From positions 5,722 to 69,721 of the forward strand of contig JACQQA010000012.1 in assembly GCA_016207245.1 (NCBI GenBank): a DNA stretch of 64,000 nt. The letters run 5' to 3'. Of this stretch, positions 50,706-59,592 are shown in pieces. The stretch is from Candidatus Magasanikiibacteriota bacterium (lineage in GTDB: Bacteria; Patescibacteriota; Patescibacteriia; Magasanikbacterales; UBA922). Made by a program: the position numbers and the translations under genes. The notes under the pieces were generated by a model, which was given only the letters and a program-made list of their open reading frames with translations, was not told the origin of the DNA and made no database searches. Numbering within the stretch: the stretch's first letter is position 1; each line of letters begins with the position of its first letter.

Positions 50706-50780
50706 TGGCTCCCGGGGCTGGATTCGGACCAGCGATATCCACGTTAACAGCGTGGCGTTGTACCACTCAACTACCCGGGA
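50706..50780 (-). tRNA. tRNA-Asn (GTT)
   Basis: CCACG-CTGTTAA-CGTGG; CCA encoded; T-loop reads TCCGAAT. Confidence 0.9.
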
Positions 50781-50787
50781 TTAATTT

Positions 50788-50812
50788 AAACACCCACCTA
50801 TTCGGCGGGTGT
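50788..50812 (-). terminator. Attenuator terminator hairpin (3:4)
   Basis: ACACCCGCC-GAATA-GGTGGGTGT-TT; short U-tract. Confidence 0.6.
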
Positions 50813-50835
50813 AATCGGTTTTTCAATATGGAAAG

Positions 50836-50892
50836 CTACACTCCGCCGGCGGGTGAATTATTGTTATTATTATTTAATCGCGTAGTTTTCAT
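50836..50892 (-). CDS. Putative Asn-sensing leader peptide MKTTRLNNNNNNSPAGGV
   Basis: ATG AAA ACT ACG CGA TTA AAT AAT AAT AAC AAT AAT TCA CCC GCC GGC GGA GTG TAG, just downstream of a consensus promoter. Confidence 0.75.
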   Translation of the reverse strand: MKTTRLNNNNNNSPAGGV

Positions 50893-50900
50893 ATGGACAT

Positions 50901-50929
50901 AGTATAGCACAGAAAGAGAGCTTTGTCAA
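50901..50929 (-). promoter_or_regulatory. Sigma70 promoter for leader and tRNA-Asn
   Basis: TTGACA-N17-TATACT with extended TG. Confidence 0.8.
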
Positions 50930-50993
50930 ACTTTACCTTGACACCCGCCTCCCAAACCCATATAATTCTAATGTTAATTCTTAACCAACTTCT

Positions 50994-52406
50994 ATGTCAT
51001 TAATCAAAGACTCGGCGCGTAACTCGGTAATTTTACGGTTAATTTTAATTGGTGTGCTGTCGCTTTTACTCCTAATTCCTACCGGCATGATCAGCTCTAT
51101 AGTTTATGAGCGGGAATCTCGAAGCCAGGAAGCGATTAATGAGGTGAGTTCAAAATGGAGCAACGAACAAACTGTCGCCGGCCCGATTTTAACTATTCCC
51201 TACAAAAAGTATCTTAAAGACAAAGATAACCCAACCAAAGTAATTGAAACTGTTTCTTACGCGCATTTTTTGCCGGAACGTTTGGACATCAGCGGAAACA
51301 TAGAACCGAAAATGCTCAATCGCGGAATGTATGATGTCGTGGTATATAATTCCAAACTTGATTTAAGCGGCGGATTCAAAGCGCCGGATTGGGACAAATT
51401 GAATATCAACCCGACTGACACGTTTTTGGATCAAGCCACCGTATCTGTTAATATTCCGGACATGCGCGGAATAAAAGAAAAAATCGCCTTTGCCTGGAAT
51501 GGCGTGGCGATTAATTTAGAACCGGGAGTTCAGGGAGATATCGCCAAGTATTTAGATTTGACCGTGCCGATTCAATATAACGACACCGAACGATTCGACG
51601 AAGCGATGCCGACAAAAATAATGCCGCCGGACGCTGTTTCCAGGGGCGGATCCGGAGTCAGCGCCAAAGTTCCGGTTGGCAGTGATGGCGCGTATAATTT
51701 CAAATTAGTATTGGATCTAAACGGCAGCCAAAGATTAAATTTCCTGCCATTAGGCAGTGAGACTAATGTGGAAGTAAAATCAAGCTGGAATAATCCGAGT
51801 TTTGATGGAACATTTTTACCGGATGAACGTAATGTTACTAGCTCCGGCTTTACCGCGAAATGGAAAGTCCTGCAATTCAACCGAAATTATCCGCAAAGTT
51901 TCTCGGAATTATCCAACTCCAATTTAATTGGCTCGGCATTTGGCGTAAAACTGATGGTGCCGGTGGATCAATATCAAAAAACCTCCCGCGCGGTAAAATA
52001 CGCTATTTTGACCATCGCGCTGACTTTCCTGATATTTTTCTTTGTGGAAATATTCAACCGCACCCGCATTCATCCTTTCCAATATATTTTGGTTGGTCTG
52101 GCGCTGGTGCTGTTTTTCACTCTCCTGCTTTCCATTTCCGAACATTTGGGATTCAACTACGCTTATCTGACTTCCGCCGCGTCAATTTTGCTGATGACAT
52201 CTCTCTATACAAAAACCGTATTCAAAAACACCCGCGCGACAGTAATTTTATCTCTAATTCTTGTCGCTATTTACACCTTTATCTACACCATTCTGCAACT
52301 GCAAGATTACGCGCTCTTAATCGGCAGTATCGGCCTATTCTTCATCTTGGCCGCGGTGATGTTCATCTCGCGGAAGATTAATTGGTACGAAGTGGCAAAT
52401 CAGTAG
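50994..52406 (+). CDS. creD: Inner membrane protein CreD
   Basis: PSFDGTFLP, YQKTSRAVKY, IHPFQYILVG, LLLSISEH. Confidence 0.93.
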   Translation: MSLIKDSARNSVILRLILIGVLSLLLLIPTGMISSIVYERESRSQEAINEVSSKWSNEQTVAGPILTIPYKKYLKDKDNPTKVIETVSYAHFLPERLDISGNIEPKMLNRGMYDVVVYNSKLDLSGGFKAPDWDKLNINPTDTFLDQATVSVNIPDMRGIKEKIAFAWNGVAINLEPGVQGDIAKYLDLTVPIQYNDTERFDEAMPTKIMPPDAVSRGGSGVSAKVPVGSDGAYNFKLVLDLNGSQRLNFLPLGSETNVEVKSSWNNPSFDGTFLPDERNVTSSGFTAKWKVLQFNRNYPQSFSELSNSNLIGSAFGVKLMVPVDQYQKTSRAVKYAILTIALTFLIFFFVEIFNRTRIHPFQYILVGLALVLFFTLLLSISEHLGFNYAYLTSAASILLMTSLYTKTVFKNTRATVILSLILVAIYTFIYTILQLQDYALLIGSIGLFFILAAVMFISRKINWYEVANQ

Positions 52407-53023
52407 ATTGCCTCCACACCCCAATCAACCACTTTCCTTTCCAACCTCTCAACTAAAAAATTATAAATAAAATTATGTAATTCTCTGTGTTCTGTTAACT
52501 GTGTTATGTGTTTTGAAATAACCGGCCAATCTTGATTCTTCATAATTTCCAAATCACGCAAAAAGCGGAACTCAACGCCAGACGCAGTTATATCATACCC
52601 TAAACAATTTAACAATTTGACAATGAAACCATCTAATAACTTAAGATTTAAGATTGAAGATTTAAGATTGACGAACTCTAACCACGATTTTAATAAATCA
52701 AAAATTCTCTCATCCTTCTCACCAACATGCAGAATTTTATCTAAAAGCGAAACCACATAACCGGCGGCTAAACTTTTTTGCAAATCTTGTCTGATATTAA
52801 CAAAGTAATTTATCGGCTGGACTTTGGTGAGGTGGTCAATCCCCTTTCCGGGCGCGATTTCAATATCAACCAAAGAAAACGGCTCCAAATGAGCCGAGTT
52901 TTTAGAAATAATTTTTTTAACCCCGCGAGCCATCAGCTCTACTTTGCCTCTTTCTTTGGTGTAGCAACTTATGATCTGGTCGGATTCGCGGAAGTCTCGC
53001 CTAGTCAAGACAATAGCTTGCAT
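52400..53023 (-). CDS. recO: DNA repair protein RecO
   Basis: AIVLTRRDFRESDQI...GKVELMARGVKK..SKNSAHLEPF. Confidence 0.9.
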   Translation of the reverse strand: MQAIVLTRRDFRESDQIISCYTKERGKVELMARGVKKIISKNSAHLEPFSLVDIEIAPGKGIDHLTKVQPINYFVNIRQDLQKSLAAGYVVSLLDKILHVGEKDERIFDLLKSWLEFVNLKSSILNLKLLDGFIVKLLNCLGYDITASGVEFRFLRDLEIMKNQDWPVISKHITQLTEHRELHNFIYNFLVERLERKVVDWGVEAIY

Positions 53024-53025
53024 AA

Positions 53026-54273
53026 CTAAAATTTATAGAAGAATGAAGAAACCACCAACACCGCTGTCGCCGCAATTATCCCAACAACCGTCAGCCACGC
53101 GATAACATTCCCGATAGGTTTATTAACATGCTCACCCATGATATTTTTATTATTTATAATCTTCAAAACAAAAATTAAAATAATCGGCAGTAAAATTCCG
53201 TTGACGTCTTGCGACAACAACATTACCCTGACTAATGGCAAGCCGGGAATGAGAACCAGCAGAGCCGGCAAGGCGATTGACAACAAAATTATGCCGTAAA
53301 AAATCCGCGCTTCCCGCCATTTGCGGTCAAAACCATATTCCCAGCCGAACGCCTCGCAAATGGCATAGCCGGTGGCGACCGGCAGAATAAACGCGCCGAG
53401 CATTGACGCCACGAATAATCCGAAGCCGAATAAAAATTTAGCAAACTGGCCGGCGATTGGCGCCAAGGCCATGGCCGCGTCTTTCGCGTCAGTGATTCTA
53501 ATGCCGGCTTTATATAATGTGTAAGCAGTGCTGATAATGATAAAAAAACTGACAATATCAGTGATAAAAGCGCCAATAAATACCTCTGCCTTTTCAATTT
53601 TATAATGCCTAAGATTAAGACCCTTGTCAACCACGTATGATTGAATAAAAAACTGGCCCCAAGGTGTGATCGTGGTGCCGATTAAAGCGATCATGGTGAG
53701 CAAAAACGGAGCGCTGAATTCCAAAGTCGGCTTGATTAAAGCCAGCGCGGCCTCGCTAAAGTCCGGCTTGATGATAAAGCCGTTGATAATATACACGAGA
53801 TAAAACGCGGAAAAAACCAAAAATATTTTTTGCGTGGTTTTAAACGAACCCTTGTACAGAATAAACCACACCGCGATCGCCGACATCGGCACCGCTATAT
53901 ATTTGCTGACGCTGAAAATTGAAAAAGCCGAACCAATGCCGGCAAATTCCGCGGTCATAGTGCCGAGATTGGCGATTAGCATCACCAGCATGGCAAAAGT
54001 AGTCCAACGTACGCCAAAATTTTCGCGAATCACTCCACCCAGCCCCTGACGAGTAACCAAGCCGATGCGCACGCCCATTTCCTGCGTTACCGCCAGAGCG
54101 AAAGTAATCAAAAACAGCACCCACAGCATTTTAACGCCAAAATGCGCGCCCACGACAGAATAAGTGCTGATCCCGCCGGCGTCATTGTCCGCGTTCGCGG
54201 CAATAATGCCCGGTCCGATAACCGAGAAAAAAAACAACAACTTTAACCAAAAATGTTGTAATCTTTTCCCCAT
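53026..54273 (-). CDS. Nramp-family divalent metal transporter
   Basis: GPGIIAANADNDAGG, IGTTITPW; multi-TM. Confidence 0.9.
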   Translation of the reverse strand: MGKRLQHFWLKLLFFFSVIGPGIIAANADNDAGGISTYSVVGAHFGVKMLWVLFLITFALAVTQEMGVRIGLVTRQGLGGVIRENFGVRWTTFAMLVMLIANLGTMTAEFAGIGSAFSIFSVSKYIAVPMSAIAVWFILYKGSFKTTQKIFLVFSAFYLVYIINGFIIKPDFSEAALALIKPTLEFSAPFLLTMIALIGTTITPWGQFFIQSYVVDKGLNLRHYKIEKAEVFIGAFITDIVSFFIIISTAYTLYKAGIRITDAKDAAMALAPIAGQFAKFLFGFGLFVASMLGAFILPVATGYAICEAFGWEYGFDRKWREARIFYGIILLSIALPALLVLIPGLPLVRVMLLSQDVNGILLPIILIFVLKIINNKNIMGEHVNKPIGNVIAWLTVVGIIAATAVLVVSSFFYKF

Positions 54274-54279
54274 AATAAA

Positions 54280-55494
54280 TTACGCGTTTGGCACCAAGTG
54301 CCTCATAATATCATCAACCGTAACCACGCCCAGCAATTTTTGCTTATTGTCAACCACCGCGACTGACAGCAAATTATATTTTGTCATAATCGCCGCGACT
54401 TCCGTCACTTTTTGCGTCACATTCACAACCGGCGTGCGCCGCGAACGTTTCATAATCGATTTGATGGTCTGCGCGGGTTCGGCGATTATCAAACGCCGCA
54501 AAGACGCTACGCCTAAATAATGTTTTTTATCATCCACCACATAGACAAAGTGTATCGCCCGGTGTTGATGTGAATCCCGCTTTATTTTCTCCGCCACCTC
54601 TGACACCGTGGTGTGTGGCTGGGCGGCGATAAATTCCGTGGTCATCAAACCGCCGGCCTCGTCTTCATCATAAGACAGAATTTTTTTTACCTTGCCGATG
54701 TCTTTTTGCGGCGGCAGTTTTTCTATAATCTCCTGCGATTCGCGTGAGGGCAAGAGCTGAATCAAATCCACCAGTTCATCCATTGACATTTTTTCCAAAA
54801 TCACGGCCGCTCGTTCCGAACCCAAATGCTCAATCAGCATTTTTTGAATCCGCGGGCTGACTTCTTCCATAACTTTCGCGGCAGTTGATTTATCCAATGA
54901 ACGCAACAGCGAACTTCCTTGTTTAATGTTCAGCTTTTCCACGATGTTGGCGATATCAGCCGGATGCAGGCGGACCAGATCTTCCCGGCCGGTGCTTAAC
55001 TGCAATCTATCACCGATTAAATGCGCCTGATTCCACTCCAAGAGATGGGGCTTAAGCCAACCATCCGCCGGCGTCCGCAAACCAACGCGACGCAAAAGCC
55101 CGCTGGTGCTGACATCAATCGCCAAAAGGCAAAGATGATTTTGCACCGGTCCGAATTGCAGATCATTCACGCGCACCACTCTGATTCCGGCCAAGTCAAC
55201 AATTTGCCGGTCAACGATGTTTTTCCGCAAAAACAAAATACCCTCATTCGGCTGAACGCTTTCCGCTTCCGCGACCGAGGTGTTTAACACCAAACCATCA
55301 TGGCTCCAGGCCGCGACTTTATCAGCGCTGATATAGATATCTTGTTTTTTCTTGCGATTGCGCACCATAAGACCGACTACGGAAGGAAATTTTTTTCCTT
55401 TAGCCAGTTCAATCGCCACATCTTTCAATTTTCCGACTGGCTCGTCATTCTTGTCCTGCACCGGCGCGTTGATTATAGTGCTAAGAAAAAACAT
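54280..55494 (-). CDS. PRC-barrel / MgtE-N / CBS domain protein
   Basis: IVDRQIVD, LHPADIA, AGGLMTTEF, GVVTVDD. Confidence 0.88.
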   Translation of the reverse strand: MFFLSTIINAPVQDKNDEPVGKLKDVAIELAKGKKFPSVVGLMVRNRKKKQDIYISADKVAAWSHDGLVLNTSVAEAESVQPNEGILFLRKNIVDRQIVDLAGIRVVRVNDLQFGPVQNHLCLLAIDVSTSGLLRRVGLRTPADGWLKPHLLEWNQAHLIGDRLQLSTGREDLVRLHPADIANIVEKLNIKQGSSLLRSLDKSTAAKVMEEVSPRIQKMLIEHLGSERAAVILEKMSMDELVDLIQLLPSRESQEIIEKLPPQKDIGKVKKILSYDEDEAGGLMTTEFIAAQPHTTVSEVAEKIKRDSHQHRAIHFVYVVDDKKHYLGVASLRRLIIAEPAQTIKSIMKRSRRTPVVNVTQKVTEVAAIMTKYNLLSVAVVDNKQKLLGVVTVDDIMRHLVPNA

Positions 55495-55503
55495 ACTCAA
55501 TTA

Positions 55504-55574
55504 AAAGTGTGCAAGTTAATAGGTGTATAAGTTTATAAGTTACAAAACTTACCCACTTATACACTCATATACCT
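55504..55574. repeat. Inverted 8-mer array element
   Basis: AAGTGTGC AAGTTAAT AGGTGTAT AAGTTTAT ... ACCCACTT ATACACTC ATATACCT. Confidence 0.6.
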
Positions 55575-55575
55575 A

Positions 55576-55968
55576 CTAACTTGACTTTGCCAAATAAGCT
55601 TCTAATATAATCATAGCAGACTTTTCATCTCTACTTGCCCCCACTACTCCACTATCCGTCCTATCCGCTTGCACGGAAGTGAAACGCTCGTCAACAAAAT
55701 CTACGGAAATTTTTATTTCTTTTTTCAATTCATCAGCAAATTTTCTAACCCGCCTGGTATTATCATTCTCTTTTCCATCCAACCCCAGCGGCAATCCCAC
55801 CACCAGTTTATCAATTTTTTCTTTTTTTATCAATTCCGCAACTTGGTCTTTTAATCTTCCGTTCCTTTGATCTCCAACCACTCCAAACGGCAAAACAACC
55901 TTAAGCGCTGTGTCCACCCACGCTAAGCCAATTTTCTTTGATCCATAATCCACTCCTAGTATGTTCAT
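55576..55968 (-). CDS. ruvX: RuvX/YqgF nuclease
   Basis: ILGVDYGSKKIGLA, VVGLP, DERFTS. Confidence 0.92.
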   Translation of the reverse strand: MNILGVDYGSKKIGLAWVDTALKVVLPFGVVGDQRNGRLKDQVAELIKKEKIDKLVVGLPLGLDGKENDNTRRVRKFADELKKEIKISVDFVDERFTSVQADRTDSGVVGASRDEKSAMIILEAYLAKSS

Positions 55969-56795
55969 AATTTTTCTGATGGCCGGCGAGTTACAACTAT
56001 CGGTTCTTTTTCTGTAATCACGATGGTATGTTCCTGGTGTGCGCACAAGCTGTTGTCCGCGGTTTTGACACTCCAGCCGTCATCGGCAGTAACAATATGC
56101 CAATCTCCCATTGTTATCATCGGCTCAATCGCGATAACTACACCGGGCTGTAAGACCCATTTCTCACCCTCTTTATCATAGTAATTCGGCACCCGCGGTT
56201 CTTCATGCACCGCGTGGCCAACGCCATGGCCGACTAAATCTCGCACAATGCCGTAACCCTGCGGCTCAACATATTTCTGAATCGTCCGACCTATGTCCGC
56301 CACGGTATTTCCAACTACACATTGTTTAATTCCGATTTCCAGCGCTTTTCTCGTCACATTCAACAACTGCTTCGTCCTATCCGGAATCTTCCCCACCGCC
56401 AATGTAATCGCCGTATCAGTAAAATATCCTCGCTCAGATTTGATATTGGATATTGGATATTTGATATTCTTTGTGGGATATTCCATTCCAATATCAATAC
56501 TAAAAATATCACCGTCTTTCAAAACTTTATTTTTGCTGGCAATACCATGCACCAGCTCATCATTCACGCACGCACAAATTGTGGTTGGAAACGGCGGGTC
56601 ATTTTTTTTGCCCTTATAACCCTTAAAAGCCGGTTTTCCACCAGCTTCGCGAATCAAACGCTCGGCTTCTTGATCGATTTCCAAAGCGCAAACACCAGGC
56701 TTAACCATTTTGCTTAATTTTTCTAAAATCTCACCCAAAATCAACCCGCCCTCTTGGATGAATTTGATTTCGTCGGTGGTTTTAGTGTAGGACAT
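55965..56795 (-). CDS. map: Methionine aminopeptidase type I
   Basis: NDELVHG, DIG, GHGVG..HEEP, IEPM, EHT. Confidence 0.96.
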   Translation of the reverse strand: MSYTKTTDEIKFIQEGGLILGEILEKLSKMVKPGVCALEIDQEAERLIREAGGKPAFKGYKGKKNDPPFPTTICACVNDELVHGIASKNKVLKDGDIFSIDIGMEYPTKNIKYPISNIKSERGYFTDTAITLAVGKIPDRTKQLLNVTRKALEIGIKQCVVGNTVADIGRTIQKYVEPQGYGIVRDLVGHGVGHAVHEEPRVPNYYDKEGEKWVLQPGVVIAIEPMITMGDWHIVTADDGWSVKTADNSLCAHQEHTIVITEKEPIVVTRRPSEKL

Positions 56796-56830
56796 AAAAA
56801 GTTTAAAAGTGATCAGTCGGTCAGCGTTTA

Positions 56831-58042
56831 TTAGATTGAGTGGGACAAAAAATCTCTGATATTTTCTTGACGAACACCTTTATACCCGCCCTTAACCAAC
56901 AACTCGTCCATAGAAACTACTATTTTAGGATAATTATCGCGAATCGCCAGTAAATTGCCAAACTCTCTTTCTTTATTTTCTTCAGTAATCAAATAAGCCA
57001 CTTGGACATATAATCTTTGTCCGGCTTTTTCACAAACAAAGTCAACCTCCCGCCCGCCTTCCTGCTGTCCAACGGTTACTGTGTATCCGGCTACCAAAAG
57101 ATGCAAAAAAACTAAATTTTCCAGCACCTTATTAATATCCGGCTGATGGTAGCTAACTATCGCGTGGCGCAAGCCTAAATCGCCAAAATAATATTTCTCG
57201 TTGATTTCAAAAACCTTTTTTCCCTGAATATCCGAACGCCGCACTTGAAAGATAAAAAATGCTTGAGCCAGAAAAGAAAGATAATCTAAAACCACACCTG
57301 GAGAAATTTTAATTTTTTGAGATTTCAAAAAATCGCTGATTTTCTTGGCCGACACCAAACTACCCAGATTGTCAGCAAGATATTCCACTAGCCGCCCTAA
57401 AAACGCCAAATTGCGAATTTTGTGCACTGACACGACATCTTTAAACAAAATGGTGTTGTAAATATTACGCAGATAATCATAAACCACAGCGTCTTCTTTG
57501 GCCAGATGCATCAAATAAGGCAAACCGCCATATTTAATATATTGAATAAAAGCGTCATGGCTTTCTTTTAACTTATGGAATTCTAAAAATTCGGCGTAAG
57601 ATAAGCCAAACACCGGAATTTCCACTGCCCGACCGCTTAGATGGGTGGCTAATTCGCTGGAGAGAAAATAAGCGTTGCTACCTGTGCAATACAAATCATA
57701 ACCACCTTTGGCTTGCAAACCGCGCAAGGCCTTTTCAAATTTTTCTATTTCTTGTATCTCATCAATAAAAACATAATGTTTGCCGCTTTGACTGCGGGTT
57801 TTCTGCTTGATGTAAGCGAGCAAATCCCGATAATTTTTTATTCCATCAAATTCGTTTAATTCTTTATTGATGTAAATGAGATTGGGATTTTTATGGAGTC
57901 CCTTGATAATATCCATGATCTGAAACAGCAGATAGCTTTTGCCCACTCGTCTCTGACCAATAATAACCTTAATAACCTCTTTATCAATAAAGGGCGTGAT
58001 CCGTTCCAGATAGATTTTGCGTGGAATGTAGGTTTTAATCAT
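56831..58042 (-). CDS. AAA+ ATPase (AAA_14 / DUF4143)
   Basis: GQRRVGKS, IDEIQ, TGSN, YGGLP, EVDFV. Confidence 0.9.
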   Translation of the reverse strand: MIKTYIPRKIYLERITPFIDKEVIKVIIGQRRVGKSYLLFQIMDIIKGLHKNPNLIYINKELNEFDGIKNYRDLLAYIKQKTRSQSGKHYVFIDEIQEIEKFEKALRGLQAKGGYDLYCTGSNAYFLSSELATHLSGRAVEIPVFGLSYAEFLEFHKLKESHDAFIQYIKYGGLPYLMHLAKEDAVVYDYLRNIYNTILFKDVVSVHKIRNLAFLGRLVEYLADNLGSLVSAKKISDFLKSQKIKISPGVVLDYLSFLAQAFFIFQVRRSDIQGKKVFEINEKYYFGDLGLRHAIVSYHQPDINKVLENLVFLHLLVAGYTVTVGQQEGGREVDFVCEKAGQRLYVQVAYLITEENKEREFGNLLAIRDNYPKIVVSMDELLVKGGYKGVRQENIRDFLSHSI

Positions 58043-58105
58043 ACTTAAAACTTTTTAGAAATTTGTTAATGTTTTAAGTATACTGAAATGATTAATTACT
58101 GTCAA
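58041..58105 (-). promoter_or_regulatory. Promoter with overlapping inverted-repeat operator
   Basis: TTGACA-N17-TATACT; ATACTTAAAAC...GTTTTAAGTAT. Confidence 0.65.
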
Positions 58106-58169
58106 GCGCCGGCTGTTTTCCTTACCCAGGCAATGTGGGGGCGGCGGTTTCAGTTAGAAATTTTAAAAA

Positions 58170-58258
58170 ATAAAAACTGCGGTCGCCTCTGGTAAACCAG
58201 AGAGGACCGCAGTGGGGTTAACTGTCTTAAGTATAACAAGCCCGCAGATGCTTGTCAA
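58170..58258 (-). other. Promoter followed immediately by hairpin/terminator (possible ~55-nt sRNA)
   Basis: TTGACA(58258)-N17-TATACT(58230); ACTGCGGTC..GACCGCAGTTTTT. Confidence 0.45.
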
Positions 58259-58295
58259 GTGCGTCAAATGCCTTGCGTGGATAAGCAAAATTTTT

Positions 58296-58333
58296 ATGAG
58301 TTTGATTTCGTCGGTGGTTTTGATATAAGCCAT
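58296..58333 (-). pseudogene. Duplicated 5' fragment of map
   Basis: MAYIKTTDEIKLI vs MSYTKTTDEIKFI; 21-bp identity between 58301-58321 and 56763-56783. Confidence 0.75.
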
Positions 58334-58387
58334 ATGCGGCTATTTTACCAAAACTAACCGATAAGTTCAAATTTGCTGGATAAAAAT

Positions 58388-59398
58388 TTAATTGTCTTTG
58401 CCCTTACATTCACACCTCAGTCCTTCAAATTCTTTTAAATCTTGAGTGCCATTATACCTTATAATCGCCTCAGCCACCTTTTTATCACATTTTCCGCAAT
58501 TATGAGTAAACCTATCACTCGATAAATTTTCATCATACATTCCCACCCAAATTGAATTTGGCTGGTATTCTTTCAATTTCGTTATCTTCTTAACAATCTC
58601 TATAACATTCCACAAAGTAGGAAGCTGATATTTTCCTTCTTCAAATTGTTTCTCAATCCCTGTGCCTTTGGGTATAAACATCGGTTTTATAGCAAGAAAG
58701 GCTTCTATGCCTCTGGCATTCGCGACTTCATAAGCATATCTTGCAGTTTCCACTGTATCTTCAATCACTTCCGATTCCGTCAAAGTGGGAGAACCAATCA
58801 AAATGTAAGATCTCATCCTTGAACCTGTTTCCTGGCAAATATCAGCGAAGTGTTCGTATCCAGTCTTAGTAAGGCCTTTATGCAAAACGATGTTTCTAAC
58901 TTTATCATTCGCGCTTTCCAAACCTATTGCTAATTCAAGTTTCTGATCACTTCTCAACAATTTTTGTGAATCTATTACTTTTTCTAAAGTCAAATAATCT
59001 ACTCTTGTTTCAACCATCACGTGTTTAACTTCCGGAAGTTTAGCCGCCTCCTTAAACAAGTACGCTCTTGATTTTGATGACATTTCGTTATCATTATAAA
59101 ATGATCCGGCGGTGGGAAAATCCAATTTTTTTACCCCTTTCAAATCAACGGTTTTTATACCATCCTGATATTGTTTTACAATATTTTCGTGTATGACACT
59201 ACAGCTGGCATTATTATCAAATCCGCACATGGTGCATTTATTATAAGCGCAGGGAGGTGTCCTAAATATGAACGTTAGCATCTTTGTTTCTTCGCCATAA
59301 ATATTAGCCGGCCCGCGCGCGATAAATGCCGGCTTGTTGTCCAAGCTTGTTTCTTTGGTTAACTCTGGAGCGCCACCCTTTTTGTTTTCAGTTTTCAT
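58388..59398 (-). CDS. Radical SAM protein, TIGR01210/RaSEA-like
   Basis: FRTPPCAYNKCTMCG, TAGSFY, VETRVDY, IGLES, PTLW, HNCGKCD. Confidence 0.8.
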   Translation of the reverse strand: MKTENKKGGAPELTKETSLDNKPAFIARGPANIYGEETKMLTFIFRTPPCAYNKCTMCGFDNNASCSVIHENIVKQYQDGIKTVDLKGVKKLDFPTAGSFYNDNEMSSKSRAYLFKEAAKLPEVKHVMVETRVDYLTLEKVIDSQKLLRSDQKLELAIGLESANDKVRNIVLHKGLTKTGYEHFADICQETGSRMRSYILIGSPTLTESEVIEDTVETARYAYEVANARGIEAFLAIKPMFIPKGTGIEKQFEEGKYQLPTLWNVIEIVKKITKLKEYQPNSIWVGMYDENLSSDRFTHNCGKCDKKVAEAIIRYNGTQDLKEFEGLRCECKGKDN

Positions 59399-59592
59399 AG
59401 ATTTGTTCTTATTGAACCACCAAAAATCGTTTTATTTATATCTCCTATAACAATGCATTATACTTGATTTTGATAAATAAATCAATGGTTTTATAATATA
59501 AACACATATAAATTAAGCTAAAATTAACCTATTTTATATACTGCTGTCAAAAAACTTGACAAATGGTGGTTTTTGTGGTATAATGGTATTAT

